A DNA stretch of 64,000 nt, taken from contig NC_087436.1 of assembly GCF_036321535.1 (NCBI RefSeq), positions 56,484,001 to 56,548,000 of the forward strand, in the 5' to 3' direction. The notes beneath the pieces were generated by a model. The model saw only the letters and a list, made by a program, of their open reading frames with translations, was not told the origin of the DNA and made no database searches. Made by a program: the position numbers and the translations under genes. Below, in pieces: positions 37,392-50,375 of the stretch. Each line of letters opens with the position of its first letter. The stretch's first letter is position 1. This stretch comes from Camelus dromedarius (Eukaryota).

Positions 37392-37778
37392 CATTATGGT
37401 CTCAATTGCATTTCCCCCAGATTCATATTTTGAAGCCCCACGTACCTCAGAACATGACTGTATTTGGAGAGAGGGCGGTTAAAGAGGTTATTAACTTAAA
37501 ACTAGGCTGTTAGGGTGGTTCCTCCTTGTCCAATATGACTGCTGTCCTCATAAGAAGAGTTTAGGAAACAGAGACACCAAGAATGTGTGTCCACAACAGG
37601 ACGACCATGGGAAGAGGCAGCAAGAGGGCAGCCATGGGTAAGCCCAGAAGAAAGGTCTCCGATGCCTGCTCCTTGATCTCGGACTTCCAGCCTCCGAAAC
37701 TGGGAGAAAATCCAATTTCTGCTGTTAAGCCACCCAGCTTGTGGTATGTTGTTATGGCTGCATTAGCAGACTAATATT
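37392..37778 (+). mobile_element. Solo MaLR LTR (MLT1A/B-like)
   Basis: cagaacatgactgtatttggagagaggg...gtcctcataagaagag...ttgatctcggacttccagcctcc...aagccacccagcttgtggtatgttgttatggc...gactaata. Confidence 0.88.
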
Positions 37779-40739
37779 CCTACCATATGCCCAGACACTG
37801 TGCAAAGTGTCTTCCTTATGTTAGTAATTTAATCAACACAGCTCTATATATTATGTAATATTATTACCTGAGAAAACTGAAAGAAATGATGTTCAAAGTC
37901 TCAAAGTAGACCCTAGTACAAAGTAGAGCCTACATCTAACTTGCCTCTGAAGCTCGTGATACTAAACCTCATGTTCTACTGCCCATATGTGAGTGATCCA
38001 AAGAGAACATTATTACCACTAACACTGTGTTTTCAGTAGAATGCTGATGGATAAAAAACTGGTAGACTGAGAAGTAGAAAGCACCTTCTTTCCATATATA
38101 TTTTCAGAACACATGTGGTAGTCAGGTTCCATAATTAACAATGCCCTATTTAAAAGAGCTGCTTTCAGAAATGCTCAAAGAAGGGAATTTGGCACACAAA
38201 GGTTTATCTTGGTTCCAACCATATTATACTTCTCACTTCATATCAAATGAGAGTGATAACCCACAGTAGTCAGGACCTAATAAAACTGACAATATTTCAC
38301 TGATACAAATGCCTGCATTTCTTTTTCTTCTTACCTTGTAACATCCTAAAAAACGTGCATCGTAAATGAGTAACAGTTACTACCACTATAGGTATGCTTT
38401 CACACTGTTACCTGAAGATGGAATGTATCTTGTATCTTAGAATTGAATCAATACCTCAACTCACTAATTGAAGTTATATGTTACCTCCTAGACATGAGTA
38501 AAAATGAAGGATCACAAGGTCATATGTGAAGCATCCCTGGGAGGAGCTAAAGTAACACAGGAAAGGGAGGTCAAAGAAAAATGCTTCTCATCTACAGCTG
38601 CAGGGCGACAATGGGGGAAAAAAGCAAAAAGGAGCCATGAAAGACCAAATGCTCATTTCAAACATCACGGTCTTGTAAGAAAAAACACGAAAAGAAAGAG
38701 CAAAAAGAATTCCTGTACACGTTCTCCCACACACACACTGCGAAAGGAAAAAACCACCCAGCAGAGGCAGACTCCCTGGGCACAGGCTGTCCATAAGGTG
38801 GAAACCAGTCTCACACTTCACAGTCACACCTACACCACCATGGAAGGCAGGCCTCCTGCGTGAGGCCTCGAGTTTCACAGCCACCCTCAAACACAGGATT
38901 GTTAACACTAAGCCACAGCAAGCCCTGTGAATGAGAGGAAAGATAGGCAAATGCCCACATGAACTATGGCCCCAATTACAGAACTCAGCAACTCCTGCCC
39001 TACAGACTGTTTATCTGCTCTTTTGGCAAATGAATAAGCCAGTAACAACTGAAAGCTGTGGGCATCAACAGAATAATCTACACTTTAAAAGACTTTCTAA
39101 AACCCAATCAAGTCTGCTCATCTTTAGCTACCTCTTAAATGACTTCTATTAGAAACTAAACAATTTTCTTTGATGTCCCAAGGAATACAGCCTACATCTC
39201 ATTAGAAAAAGATGCAGTTACAAAATAAAACCAAGACAGTCTTTTTGATGAGTGAAAAAACAGATTTCAATTATTTTTTTTCTTTAAACAACACAATAAA
39301 AATCAGTCTATTTCCACCAAAGGGCTGCCAAAAAAAAAAAAAAATACAGATGAGATTTGCCAATAATCCACAATTTATGTTACAAAGTTTGGCAAGAGTA
39401 CACTAAGTCTATCAAAGTTGTTAAAAAACAAATTCTAGTCTGTTACTGGCACCCAAGTAGCTACCAATTAAATTCAGAACTCCACCACCATAAATATTTT
39501 GCAATTTCAATACTCCACTTTTTTTCTCACTGGAGATGAGCTTTACCAGTTGTTTTTAATCAGACAAATAAGAAACCATTAAAATCTGATGTGCTGACCT
39601 AAATTATAAAAGAAGTTATTAAATTATAAAATAAGCTACCCCACATTCCAAACCATGAAAGTCTTTCATCTTTTTGTGTTGTTGTTGATAATTATATTAT
39701 GTCTTTATGGGGAAGGAGCTATCATAAAAACAACTTTCATTTAAAAAAATAAATAAAAAGATTACAAGGCAAGATTAAAGAAAATATGATGAAACTTAAT
39801 TTCAAATGTTCAATCTTTTTGAAAAATTATAAAGGCTTTCATTTACTGTGAAATAAAGTAAAACTTGTAATCATGATCACAACTAAATATAACCTACTGG
39901 CAACAACAAATTCCTTATTTTTAACATGACAGGAGTAGCTCCTGCCTCTCAACTTTGTAGAAAGAATTAATTGTGTTACTATGTGTAAAGCACTAAGAAC
40001 AACATCTAGCATTGCATGCTGTGTTCGTGTTTGCTCTGAGGATTAATATTAGCACATATTACCTATTAGTATCAACATACACATTAACATCATCAGCATT
40101 ATCTGAAGACCTAGTTCAGCTTGATCTATTCACATACAACTCCATTTAAATTGCACCCCACAGGAAGGCTCTTCTCACTGACTCAGCTCTTACACACATG
40201 GCTTTCTCCTAAACTCTCACTGCTGTTAGTCTAACTGTGTATCACAGGATTTAATCACTTTGAATTGTTCATTGCTGTGCACATTAATCTTATATAATAA
40301 ACTAGATTATACAAGCCTTAAAAGAAGAGACCATGAGTGCACTACTGCTGTCTTTTCTGGTTCGTAAGCCTCGGACGCTTGAGACCAACTCCCTTCAGAG
40401 CAAAGGGCAGACAATGGATCATTTTTCCAGCAACACCAGTCATAAATGAGGCAGAAGGGGATAAAAGCTGAGAACACCTTAAAGGTAAAGATGAGGGTCC
40501 TGGCCTTCTAGAAAGAGATGTATGCATACTATAAAGCAGCTTAAGTTCCAAGCTAAATCACATACCTACTATAATTCCTGCTGTGTAGAATTCTTATGAA
40601 AAAATAACTGAAGTATAAGGAGGTTAGGAAAGATCTGGTGAAGAAGGACCTTGAATGTGAGGAGTGAACCTTATCTAAAGAAGAGCTACCAGTTAAAGAG
40701 CATGAGAACCACAGTAAGCAATTTTCATACAGTAAGAGA

Positions 40740-40990
40740 AATGCCTAACATATACTAGGCATTCTGCATGCCAGGAACTGTTCTAAGCACTTTATTAATA
40801 CTAACACATTTGATCTTCAGAATACCCTTATGATGTAGGCACTTGTTTCCATTTTAAAAATATGGGAAATGAGGCACAGTAAAGGTTTAATGATTTCCCC
40901 AAGATCATACAGCTAATAAATAGAATGGCTGAGTTGTAATCCCAGGAGTTTGGACTTTCAAGTCCATACTCTATCACTGTGTTCAACTAC
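40740..40990 (-). mobile_element. MIR SINE (near full length)
   Basis: atgccaggaactgttctaagcacttt...gaaatgaggcacagtaaaggtttaatgatttccccaagatcatacagctaataa. Confidence 0.8.
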
Positions 40991-41544
40991 TCTCTTTAGG
41001 ACCTCATATCTTATAACTATCCTGCAAAGGATGTCACACATTCCACATATTGTGATCTATGTAAATAGAGTCCCAGAGAGGTGCAGTGCACAGTCTGAGA
41101 AGCCAGATACAGAAGTCATAATGATCTGCACTGTATGCACAGAAAGTTTAATAATTTAGCTCAGGTTGCACAGTTTTTACAATCAGAATCTGAAATACAG
41201 TCTTTTTAGTCAGACATGGAATCAGCAAAGCCAAGATAGGGTAATGAGTAAGACTTGTTCTGGGATCCAAGGAGTAAACAAGTTTGGTTTGATAAAAGAA
41301 AGAATAAAGAAAAAGGATAAAGGTTCTTAGTTCACTTCCCATCTAATCTCTACGCTCTGGGTAGGAGAAAGAGCAAAAAACAAAAAAACAAAAAAACCAA
41401 ACACTGAATGTTCCTGAAAAGTACAGTGGATAAAACACTGTCTGAAATATCTGAACCTTCCAATATTACAAGTAGGAAAAATGTAACTGCACCAATAGTA
41501 TATTTCAAGCAAACTTCTTTTGAGAAAAAAAAAAATTCAACAAG

Positions 41545-42143
41545 TACAAAAAGATCCATGCACCTCAATGTTCACAGCAGCACTGTTTACAATGGCCAAG
41601 ATATAGAACAGCCTAAATGTCCATTGACAGATGACTGGATAAAGAAGTCATAGTATATTTATGGAATACTACTCAGCCATAAGAAGAATAAAATAATGCC
41701 ATTTGCAGCAACATGGATGGACCTGGAGATTGTCATTCTAAGTAAAATAAGCCAGAAAGAGAAAGAAAAATATCATATGCTATCACTTACATGTGGAATC
41801 TAAAAAAAAAAAAAAAGACAGACACAAATGAACTTATTTACAAAATAGCAAAAGACTCACAGACATAGAAAAAAACAACTTATGGTTATCAGGGGGGAAA
41901 GGGGGTGGGAAGGGATAAACTGGGAATTCAAGGTTTGCAGATACTAACTACTATATATAAAATAGATAAACAAGTTTCTTCCGTATAGCACAGGGAACTA
42001 TATTCAGTATCTTGTAGTGAAAAAGCATAAAAAGGAACATGTATGTGTATGTATGACTGAAACATTATACTATACAGCAGAAATTGACACAGCATTGTAA
42101 ACTGACTTTAATTCAATAAACCAACCCCGCCCCGGAAAAAAAA
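41545..42143 (+). mobile_element. Lineage-specific 5'-truncated L1 3' end
   Basis: aaaagatccatgcacctcaatgttcacagcagcactg...atgccatttgcagcaacatggatggacctggag...gaaattgacacagcattgtaaactgac; same family as 21266-22722. Confidence 0.92.
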
Positions 42144-42591
42144 GAAGCAACAAAGAAGAACTGAAGGCTCAACGTCAGAGAGGAGGCAGCAAGGGATGGA
42201 GTCTCAACCACATGCAGAAGTGCTTTAAACAGAGCTGTCATAGTATGGAACTTGTTAATCGACGTAGAAGTATTCTGGAAACATAAAAACTCTAACAAAT
42301 ACAAAATGTTACAGCCTATAGTAATGGGGAAGCAATAAACATTGAATAATGGATGGGATGAGAATGCAATATAGTTTAAGATCAACTGGAGTCTATATTA
42401 TACAATATGGTTTCATTTTCCTATTAGCATTTGCAGTATTATAAATTTCCTAAATAACATTCAGAAAAATGTAAGATGATGAATTACAAAGTAAAATATA
42501 ATTGACTATATTTATTATACTTATATTTGTACTACTTAAATCTGTCTCAAATGACTGGGAAAAAAGACTCAAAAGAATATAAAACATTATA

Positions 42592-43142
42592 GAAGCAATC
42601 AAGATGTCCTTCAGTAGGCTGATAAACTGGTATATTCAGACAATGGAATATTATTCAGTGCTAAAAAGAAATGAGTTCTTAAGCCATGAAAAGACATAGA
42701 GGAAATTTAAGTGCATATTAAGTGAAAGAAGCCAATTTGAAAAGGTTACATACTGTATGATTCAAAGTATATGATATACTGGAAAGAGCAAAACTATGGA
42801 GTCAGTAAAAAGATTAGTGGTTCAGGGGGAAGAATGAATAGGCAGAGCACAAAGAATTTTTATGGCAATGAAAATACCATAGTGATGGGTACATGCATGT
42901 CACACAACTGTTCAAACCCACAGAATGTACACCACCACCAAGAGTCAACTGTTATACAAAGTACCAACTCTGGGTAATTACAGTGTGTCAATGTAGGTTC
43001 ATCAACTGTAACAAATGTACCGTTCTGGAGAGGGACGTTGATAATGAGGAATGCTATGCATTTATGGGGGCAGAGTATATGTGAAATCTCTGTATCTTTC
43101 CCTTAAATTGCTGTGAACCTAAAACTGCTCTTGAAAATTAAG
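42592..43142 (+). mobile_element. L1MC-like 3'UTR
   Basis: aagatgtccttcagtagg...aagtgaaagaagccaatttgaaaagg...gtgtcaatgtaggttcatcaactgtaacaaatgtacc...gctgtgaacctaaaactgctct. Confidence 0.88.
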
Positions 43143-43566
43143 TCAACGTAAATGAAACAAAGCGCCTAATTAGAACTTTTTGGCTTCATGAGTGCACATG
43201 TGATGTGCTTATTCATGCTTTCATTTAGAGGCTGGAAAACTTCCTTTGAAAAAAACAACACTTATTAAGACTCAATATTAAGTCTGATACTTATTTTTCA
43301 GAATTCATTTTATCCTCAGCAACTCTATCAGATAGGGATTAACACATCCATTTTGCACGTGAGAAAACTGAGTCTTGGCTAAGAAATTTATGTAAGGAAC
43401 TTGGGAAGGTGAAGATCTCGCAATCTGTAAGCCTCTTGGAGATACAATTACAAATCCAAAACTCATTTTCTTTCTGCTAGACCATCATGGCTCAAACTTC
43501 TTAGTATGAATCAATTCAGCAAAATTTTCATAAATCTGAGTAGGTTTACTTCATGATCTCTGGCTC

Positions 43567-43705
43567 TTATAAAAGGAAATGAACTGACAGGCTACATCAG
43601 GTACTTTTTCTATCACCTGTTAGTAAAAGCTGAATTTATAAAAGGAAATGAACTGACAGGCTACATCAGGTACTTTTTCTATCACCTGTTAGTAAAAGCT
43701 GAATT
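43567..43705. repeat. Perfect tandem duplication, 2 x 69 bp
   Basis: ttataaaaggaaatgaactgacaggctacatcaggtactttttctatcacctgttagtaaaagctgaat at 43567-43635 and 43636-43704. Confidence 0.97.
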
Positions 43706-46700
43706 AGCTTCAGATGCCTCTACCTCACTGTAAAAATGTTTCCATAAAGGGAATCCCAATTAATATTTTAACAGCAATGAAGAAAGAAATGTGCTATCAA
43801 ATCTAAAACCAAAGTCTAAATAAGACTTGCTTCCCCCCCGTCCCCCAATAAAATTTCTGGAAAAGAAATGCTATCTGTTCCAAATCTTCAGCAGGAATTG
43901 GAGACTAGACCAAAAAACTGCAAAATTGGTATTAAGCAGTTGTGGTCCACTGTCCTGTACTGGACAGAGAAAGCAAATGTTTTTCTTTTTAAAGGTTAAT
44001 ATAATTGTGATTTTTAAAAATTATAGTTGTCTTTAAATCCTAATATATAAGAGGAGTGTATAAATGAGAGGCACAGATAATTAACACGTATTTCTTTTTT
44101 GTCAATTAAAAGGTCCTTCAGATTTAAAATCACCCATCTCCACTATTCCACACATAGGCAGCAGCTCAGTAACATCACATGGACTCCTCTAAGGAAGTAA
44201 CATATAATTTTGTGCCTGGCACAAAATTAACATTCCTAAATGGATGAAAAGAATTAATGAAAAGAATGAATAAATGTTCACTTGGAGAGAAACTAGAAAT
44301 ACAAATCCACCTTTGAGAAGAAAGGCTAGTCTCTCAACTGACTTCACCTTTCATTCTTTTCAGAATACAATTTATTGACAAATACATTTACCCTAAGTTA
44401 TACATTTCACAAAATAAAGACATGTTTAATTACCTGTCTGACGGCACACCTGTTGCCTACCTTCATTCACTGCTGTCAGAGACATTGATAAATTGCCTTA
44501 AAACTTGCACAGCCTCCCGACCAGCTGCACAGCAACGCCCACACTCTTTAGCAAGGCACACTTCACCACCTCCACCCCAGTCTCATCTCCCTATCTCTGC
44601 ACAAGCCCAGGCAAAGATTGTGATTTAGCAAATCTAGGCTGAATCCTAGACATCTGTAGTTTAAAAAATTTTTTAAAAAAAGAAGAAAAAAAGAGGAAAA
44701 AAGCCCCCAGGAGATTTTGTTGTGCAGCCTGAATTCTGGAATTACAATCTCCAATTTATCAATGATGAAATTTAAGCTCAGAGAGTTTTAGAAGTTGCCA
44801 ATATCACATGGTCAGCTAAGGGCCCCAGATTCTATAGACCTTTTAACTTTCAAAATAAAGGACCAGAGCTTCTCAAGGATGGGAACTACAAAGCCTTATC
44901 TCTTCTTCATGCTCTTGTTCTTTTCTTTTTTCTTTGTTTTTAAATTCTATCTAAATGAGAGGGATTGAATACTTCAAAAGAGCTACTTGTTCATTTAGCT
45001 TCAGGCAGAAGTATTGGTTTTGTGCTTAAATACAACTATTTGCCTTGGAAACCTGAGAACTTCTGCCAGAGACTGAGGGATTGAGAATGTTCTCCTGCTC
45101 TTGCTTCCATAGTCCTCATTTCAGGTTTCCTTCGTGTTTCTCAACATGCTTGTTTCTCTAGGACCTCTCAGAGTGATTCTGGCCGTATTTCTGTGGAAAT
45201 TGCCTCCTGGTATGGACAAAGGCACTTTAGAAGGGTCTGAACTCTTAAGCTTGAACCCAGCTACGGTTAGAGAAGTGTAAGGACCTGGTTTGGCAGGCAA
45301 AATGAGCTACGACCAGGGAGAGACGCAGGGCACAGGTTTCACGTCAGAAAGTCCTGGGTGAACATCTGGTCTCTATCTGTGGCATGTGCGTCACTGGACA
45401 TGCTACCTGTTCCTCTGTGTAAAATGTGTGTTTGCAGAGGATTGTGAGAATAAATTTGTATACGTAAAGGATTTAAAACCTAAATAAATAAATTGCAGTA
45501 AGAGGTGCAGTAGTAGGATCTGAAGTTTGTGAGAACTAGGAGAAAGTGAAGCCTGATAGGGAAAGTGTGGTTCAGGACTAGGGCCATGAATTGCCAGAGG
45601 GGATGTGGCTGGGAGGAAACCTCTTTTCCAGGAATAGAATGAAGGAGCCAAGACAGGCCAGAAAATTAAAGCAACTACACCACCCTTGGCTACTTGTCCA
45701 GCGGGTCCTATCATACAAAGGTATGTAACCTGACTTCAAAATCCTGCTTGGGAACAAGAGCATTACTTCAGCTAACACGTTTGTATTAAATACCTACTCT
45801 ACGCCCAATCACAGGGAGGTACAAGTAAAGGAAGAATCCAGCCCTCAAGGAACTTACAATCTAATAGAACAAGGATTAACACCCGTGAGTAACAGCCACT
45901 AGTTAGGTCAAAGCAGCAGGTATCTGGGAAGAACTGTGACTATTTTTTAAAATGAGTTTATTTCATACCAGTACTCAGCAATCTTACACCAGTTTTACTT
46001 TATCTAGATGGTTAAACCTACCGTCACTACCGGATAAGCATGTAAGTAGTGTTAAGCCCATCTAGAAGTTACAGCTGGAATTTTCTTAACTAAAAACACT
46101 TGTTAAAGAAATTTAGAAAATGCTGTGTTTAAAATTTTTCCCAGATTTATTCAATATACATGCCATTAAATCTCCCATCTTTGACTGACAGCAATCAATC
46201 TAAATTTAATCATAAGAATACACAGATTATGACTTCATATCATTGTTACTAAAGTCAGGTTCTTCTCCTGAAACTGCACTTCTGAATATCATGATATAAA
46301 CTATGAACTTTAATCTCAAAATAAAGCATTTGAAAGGAGACAGCATATTTAATTAATGCTGGCTTATTAGCTTGACTGGAAAATTTAGTGATTGAAGCTA
46401 AAAAACTGTAAATTCATAATTCACTCAATTATCATAGTTTTAGGTGATTCTTAAATATATGTACTATAGTTTCAATTCTTGCCACTGAAAAATCAATTAT
46501 ACGTAGCTTATTTCAAATTTGCTCCAGTACCTTCTAATAAGAAGCCATATAATAGCTTTCCCCAGAGCAATTGTTTCCTCAATGTATTAAATGCCTCACT
46601 CATAAAAATGAACCCACACATCAAACTAAGTGATATATGAACACAATGGCAGAACTGATGAAACTTTAGAATTACTATTCCCTGACAAAGATCTGACACT

Positions 46701-46917
46701 TTTAAAAGCCACAATTTTCCTCTCATTTTCAATGCAAAACAAGAAACAACTAATCCTCATTCAAAAAAAGTAGTGATGAGAACAATCTAAAAAATTAGCA
46801 TTTGTTGCCGAAAGATTCCTAAAAGATAACTCAAATATACTCACCAATATTCCATGACAGTATTTACTTTTTTTTAGCAAAGACTGTACATGGCTATTTA
46901 TGAGATTATTGTTATTC

Positions 46918-48257
46918 TTTTAAAAATTCTATTTTTTAACTTTTTAAAATTGAAGTGTAATTGATTTACAATGTTGTGTTAGTTTCTGGTGTACAGTAAG
47001 TGATTCAATTATATGTGTATATATATATTCTTTTTCAGGTTTTTTTCTATTATAGCTTTTACAAGATATTAAGTATAGTTCTCTGTGCTATATACTAGAT
47101 CTTTGTTGTTTATCTATTTTATATATGGTAGTGTGTGTATGTTAATCCCAAACTCCAAATTTCTCTCTCCCTTCCTCCTTTGGTAATCATAGTTTGTTGG
47201 TTTTTTATTTTTATTTTTCCTATTCTCAACATTTATTACTTTGTCATTTCAAAAATGCTACATAAATTTAATCATAAAAGCATGTAAGTTTTGAGGTTGG
47301 ATTTTTTTTTATCAACATAATCATCTGGAATCCATCTAGATCATTGCATATATTAATAGTTTGTTCTTTTATTACTGTGTACTATTCATGATTGACTATA
47401 CTACTTTTTAAAATTCCCACTGTTGGTGGAAATGTAGTTTGGTGCAGCCATTATGCAAAACAGTATAAAGGTTCCTTAAACAAGTGAAAATAGACTTACC
47501 CATAATTTGTTTTCTATGTCTGTGAGACTATTTCTGGTTTATAAATAAGTTCATTTATGTGATTGTTTTTAGATTCCACATATAACTGATATTATATGAT
47601 ATTTGTCTTTGTGTAACTTGCTTCAATAAATATGATGATCTCCAGGTCCACTCATGTTCCAGCAAATGGCATTATTTATTTTTCATGGCTGAGTAGTATT
47701 CCATGGTAGGTGGATATATATATGACAACTACAGTCATTTGTTGATGGACATTTAGGTTGTTACTATGTCTTGGCTGTTGTAAATAGTGCTGCTATGAAC
47801 ACCAGGGTGCATGTATCTTTTTGAATTAGAGTTTTCTCCAGATATATGCCCAGGAGTGGGACTGCTGGATCATATGGTAAGTCTATTTTCAATTTTTTAA
47901 GGAACCTCCCTATTGCTCTCCATAGTGGCTGCACCAATTTTATTCATCCATGTATATATATACATACATGAAAAGATGTTCAATATTACTAATCATTAGG
48001 GAAATGCAAATCAAAAACTACAATGAGGTAATAACACCTCATACCAGTCAGAATGGCCATAATTAAAAAGTCTACAAATAAATGTATATGCATGACTGGG
48101 ACATTGTGTTGTACATCAGGAACTGACACATTGCAACTGACTGTACTTCAACAGAAATAAATAAAAATTAATTAATTAAAAGTCAACAAATAATAAATGC
48201 TGGAGAGGGTGTGGAGAAAAAGGAACCATCCTACACTGTTGGTGTGAATGTAAATTG
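46918..48257 (-). mobile_element. 5'-inverted (twin-primed) L1 with two nested insertions
   Basis: Minus-strand 3' end at 46918-47945 and plus-strand ORF2 piece at about 47966-48257. TSD gagattattgttattc (46902-46917) vs gaggtcattgttattc (48258-48273). Nested inserts at 47199-47500 and 48082-48177. Confidence 0.85.
48082..48177 (+). mobile_element. Short L1 3' tail nested in L1
   Basis: gcatgactgggacattgtgttgtacatcaggaactgacacattgcaactgactgtacttcaa plus A tail; TSD aaaagtc(t/a)acaaataa at 48066-48081 and 48178-48193. Confidence 0.88.
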
Positions 48258-50184
48258 GAGGTCATTGTTATTCCAAGAGTCTAGATTTAAACTAAACAGG
48301 GAATTATAAAAGATAATCTTCTAAAAATGTTCCCATCTCAGGAATTTTTATCTCTTAATTAAAATACAACACATAATTTTACACATCCCAGAAAAAGATA
48401 ATTTCCAAGTTATTACCTTGTTAATTTTTTTACTACAAAAAAGACACATTGACAGCATACCATTTGTCACTGCAAATCACAGTAATAAATTATTCAAAAA
48501 GAAAAAGTCTGACAAGGCACAATATACAAAGAACTTTTTAGGTAGGCCTACAACAGTTAAATAAGTTTCTCTACTAAAATGATTTTTTTTTTTTTGCTTT
48601 AGTATTGTACAGATTAGAAATACATTTATTTTCCTACTCTTAAATAGTATGTATTTGTTTAATCAAGATATTTTTCCCACATCATATTAACTTAGATTCC
48701 TACCTTTATAGTAAAAGAAAGCATTTTATTTATTTTTTTTTTTTTTGATCTTCAAGGACCAGGAATTCTTGTTTTTCCTTTTTAAAGGCTGGAAAATGGA
48801 ACACTCACAAGCTGGAAAATTTGAAAGTTTCAAAATAAAATTCAACTGAAGAGATGCTACATCTATGGACACAAACTTCAATTCTAATTGATTCTGTGCA
48901 GTCACACTGAATAAGAAGTAAAGAAAACCTTTAGCCAACGTGCTAAATGACGGTCGCCCATTTTCCCCAGTTGTCATGAAATGTTCCACACTTGGGGCCC
49001 GTGTCATTACTAGATCTGTTAACAGTTTCACAGCTCAGAGTTTGGCCTCATTTGTTAAGCATCAAGCTGCCCTATCACTTGTATAGAGCTGAAAAGGTTG
49101 TTATGGTTCATAATGTAAAACTCACAAACGTGCACAGCTGCTGTTCATATTCTCAAAGAAGTCTATTATAATAATGATGTCACGGAAAAAGGCTGTAATC
49201 TATTATATGTCCCAGACAGCCAAGCCAATCAATCTCCCCAGTCAATGCAGGTATACAGGTTGCACCATAAACATTATGGAGCTCTACAATTAGGTAAAAA
49301 GTTCACTACAAAAAAAAAAAAAAATCACGGAGGGCAGGTAATTAGGGCCTATTTATAGTTCTGCCTTCAGGAAGCTTCACTTACCATGGAACTACCCAAA
49401 AAGTACAAACATCACCATTTAACTGTCTGATACCCTCTTGTTAATCACAAAGCTTTGCAAAAATTACAATATAAATCATTAGGCTGTTGAAGAAAACTGT
49501 ACAAGCTCCTCCAAACAAATAAAACAATGTCTCTTTGGCTATGATACATTTCTACATAGGAAGTGTGATGAATTGAATCCTGGTCTCCAGAGAACTGCAA
49601 ATCAATAATGCATTATTAAACAGATTACTTCTTATTTTAAAAACTACGATCACTTGCTATGGCACAGAATGTTGAGTAGTTTCAGACCCTGGCAGATGGG
49701 GGAGGAGATGCAGAAGAGGAGTCTTGTTTCCTTATTTTAGTATTCTTGTGTAACAATACATGAAAACCATTTTCCAAGTGAGAATTTTTAAAGTGATTTT
49801 AGAAATATATAAATATTAGTTTATACTCTACATATTTGCAGCATTTAAACTATTTCAGTGAAATTCCAAATTAAAGAAAAGAGAAATTGTGAACATCAAA
49901 TGTGTAAGATAATTATTAGAATTATTTGAATGCTCTTGAGATAAAAACAGGGCAGATGCCAGACACTGAAAAAGGGCTAAACTCTAGCTCCAAATCTGCC
50001 ACTAAGTATTTGTTTAATCTTGAACAAGTCATTTAACAGCATTCAATTTCAATTTCCTTAACTTTAAAAATGCAAACCATGAGAAACGACGGTATATGAA
50101 GTTCTACTTTCCCACAACAGCATTTCTCAACCTACAGTCATCAGGCACGGGAGGATCAAGCATCTGAATGCAGACAACTAGGCC

Positions 50185-50375
50185 ACACTTGCTTGGTGCA
50201 GGGCACTGTCCTACGCACTGAACACATATTAATTCATTCACTGTCAAACAAACCTATGTGGTGGGTACTGTATTATCCTCATTTAGAGATGAAGACAAGC
50301 CATAAATGGAAGAGCGAGAATTCACATCCAAGCTGACTGGCTCCAAGGCCAGCTCTTTTCACCACCACACTGGAC
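50185..50375 (-). mobile_element. MIR SINE
   Basis: gtgcagggcactgtcctacgcactg...tattatcctcatttagagatgaagac...tgactggctccaaggccagctctt. Confidence 0.7.

Noticed and set aside
38504..38950. Overlapping 119-aa and 120-aa ORFs
   Set aside because: Low-complexity A-rich composition, no recognisable domain and no supporting splice structure; expected by chance.
43567..43705. CRISPR-like array
   Set aside because: Only two adjacent copies with no spacers, in mammalian DNA without cas genes.
19890..46850. Isolated consensus minus-strand donors near 19893, 25634 and 46839
   Set aside because: No convincing paired acceptor; such sites are common by chance in long introns.
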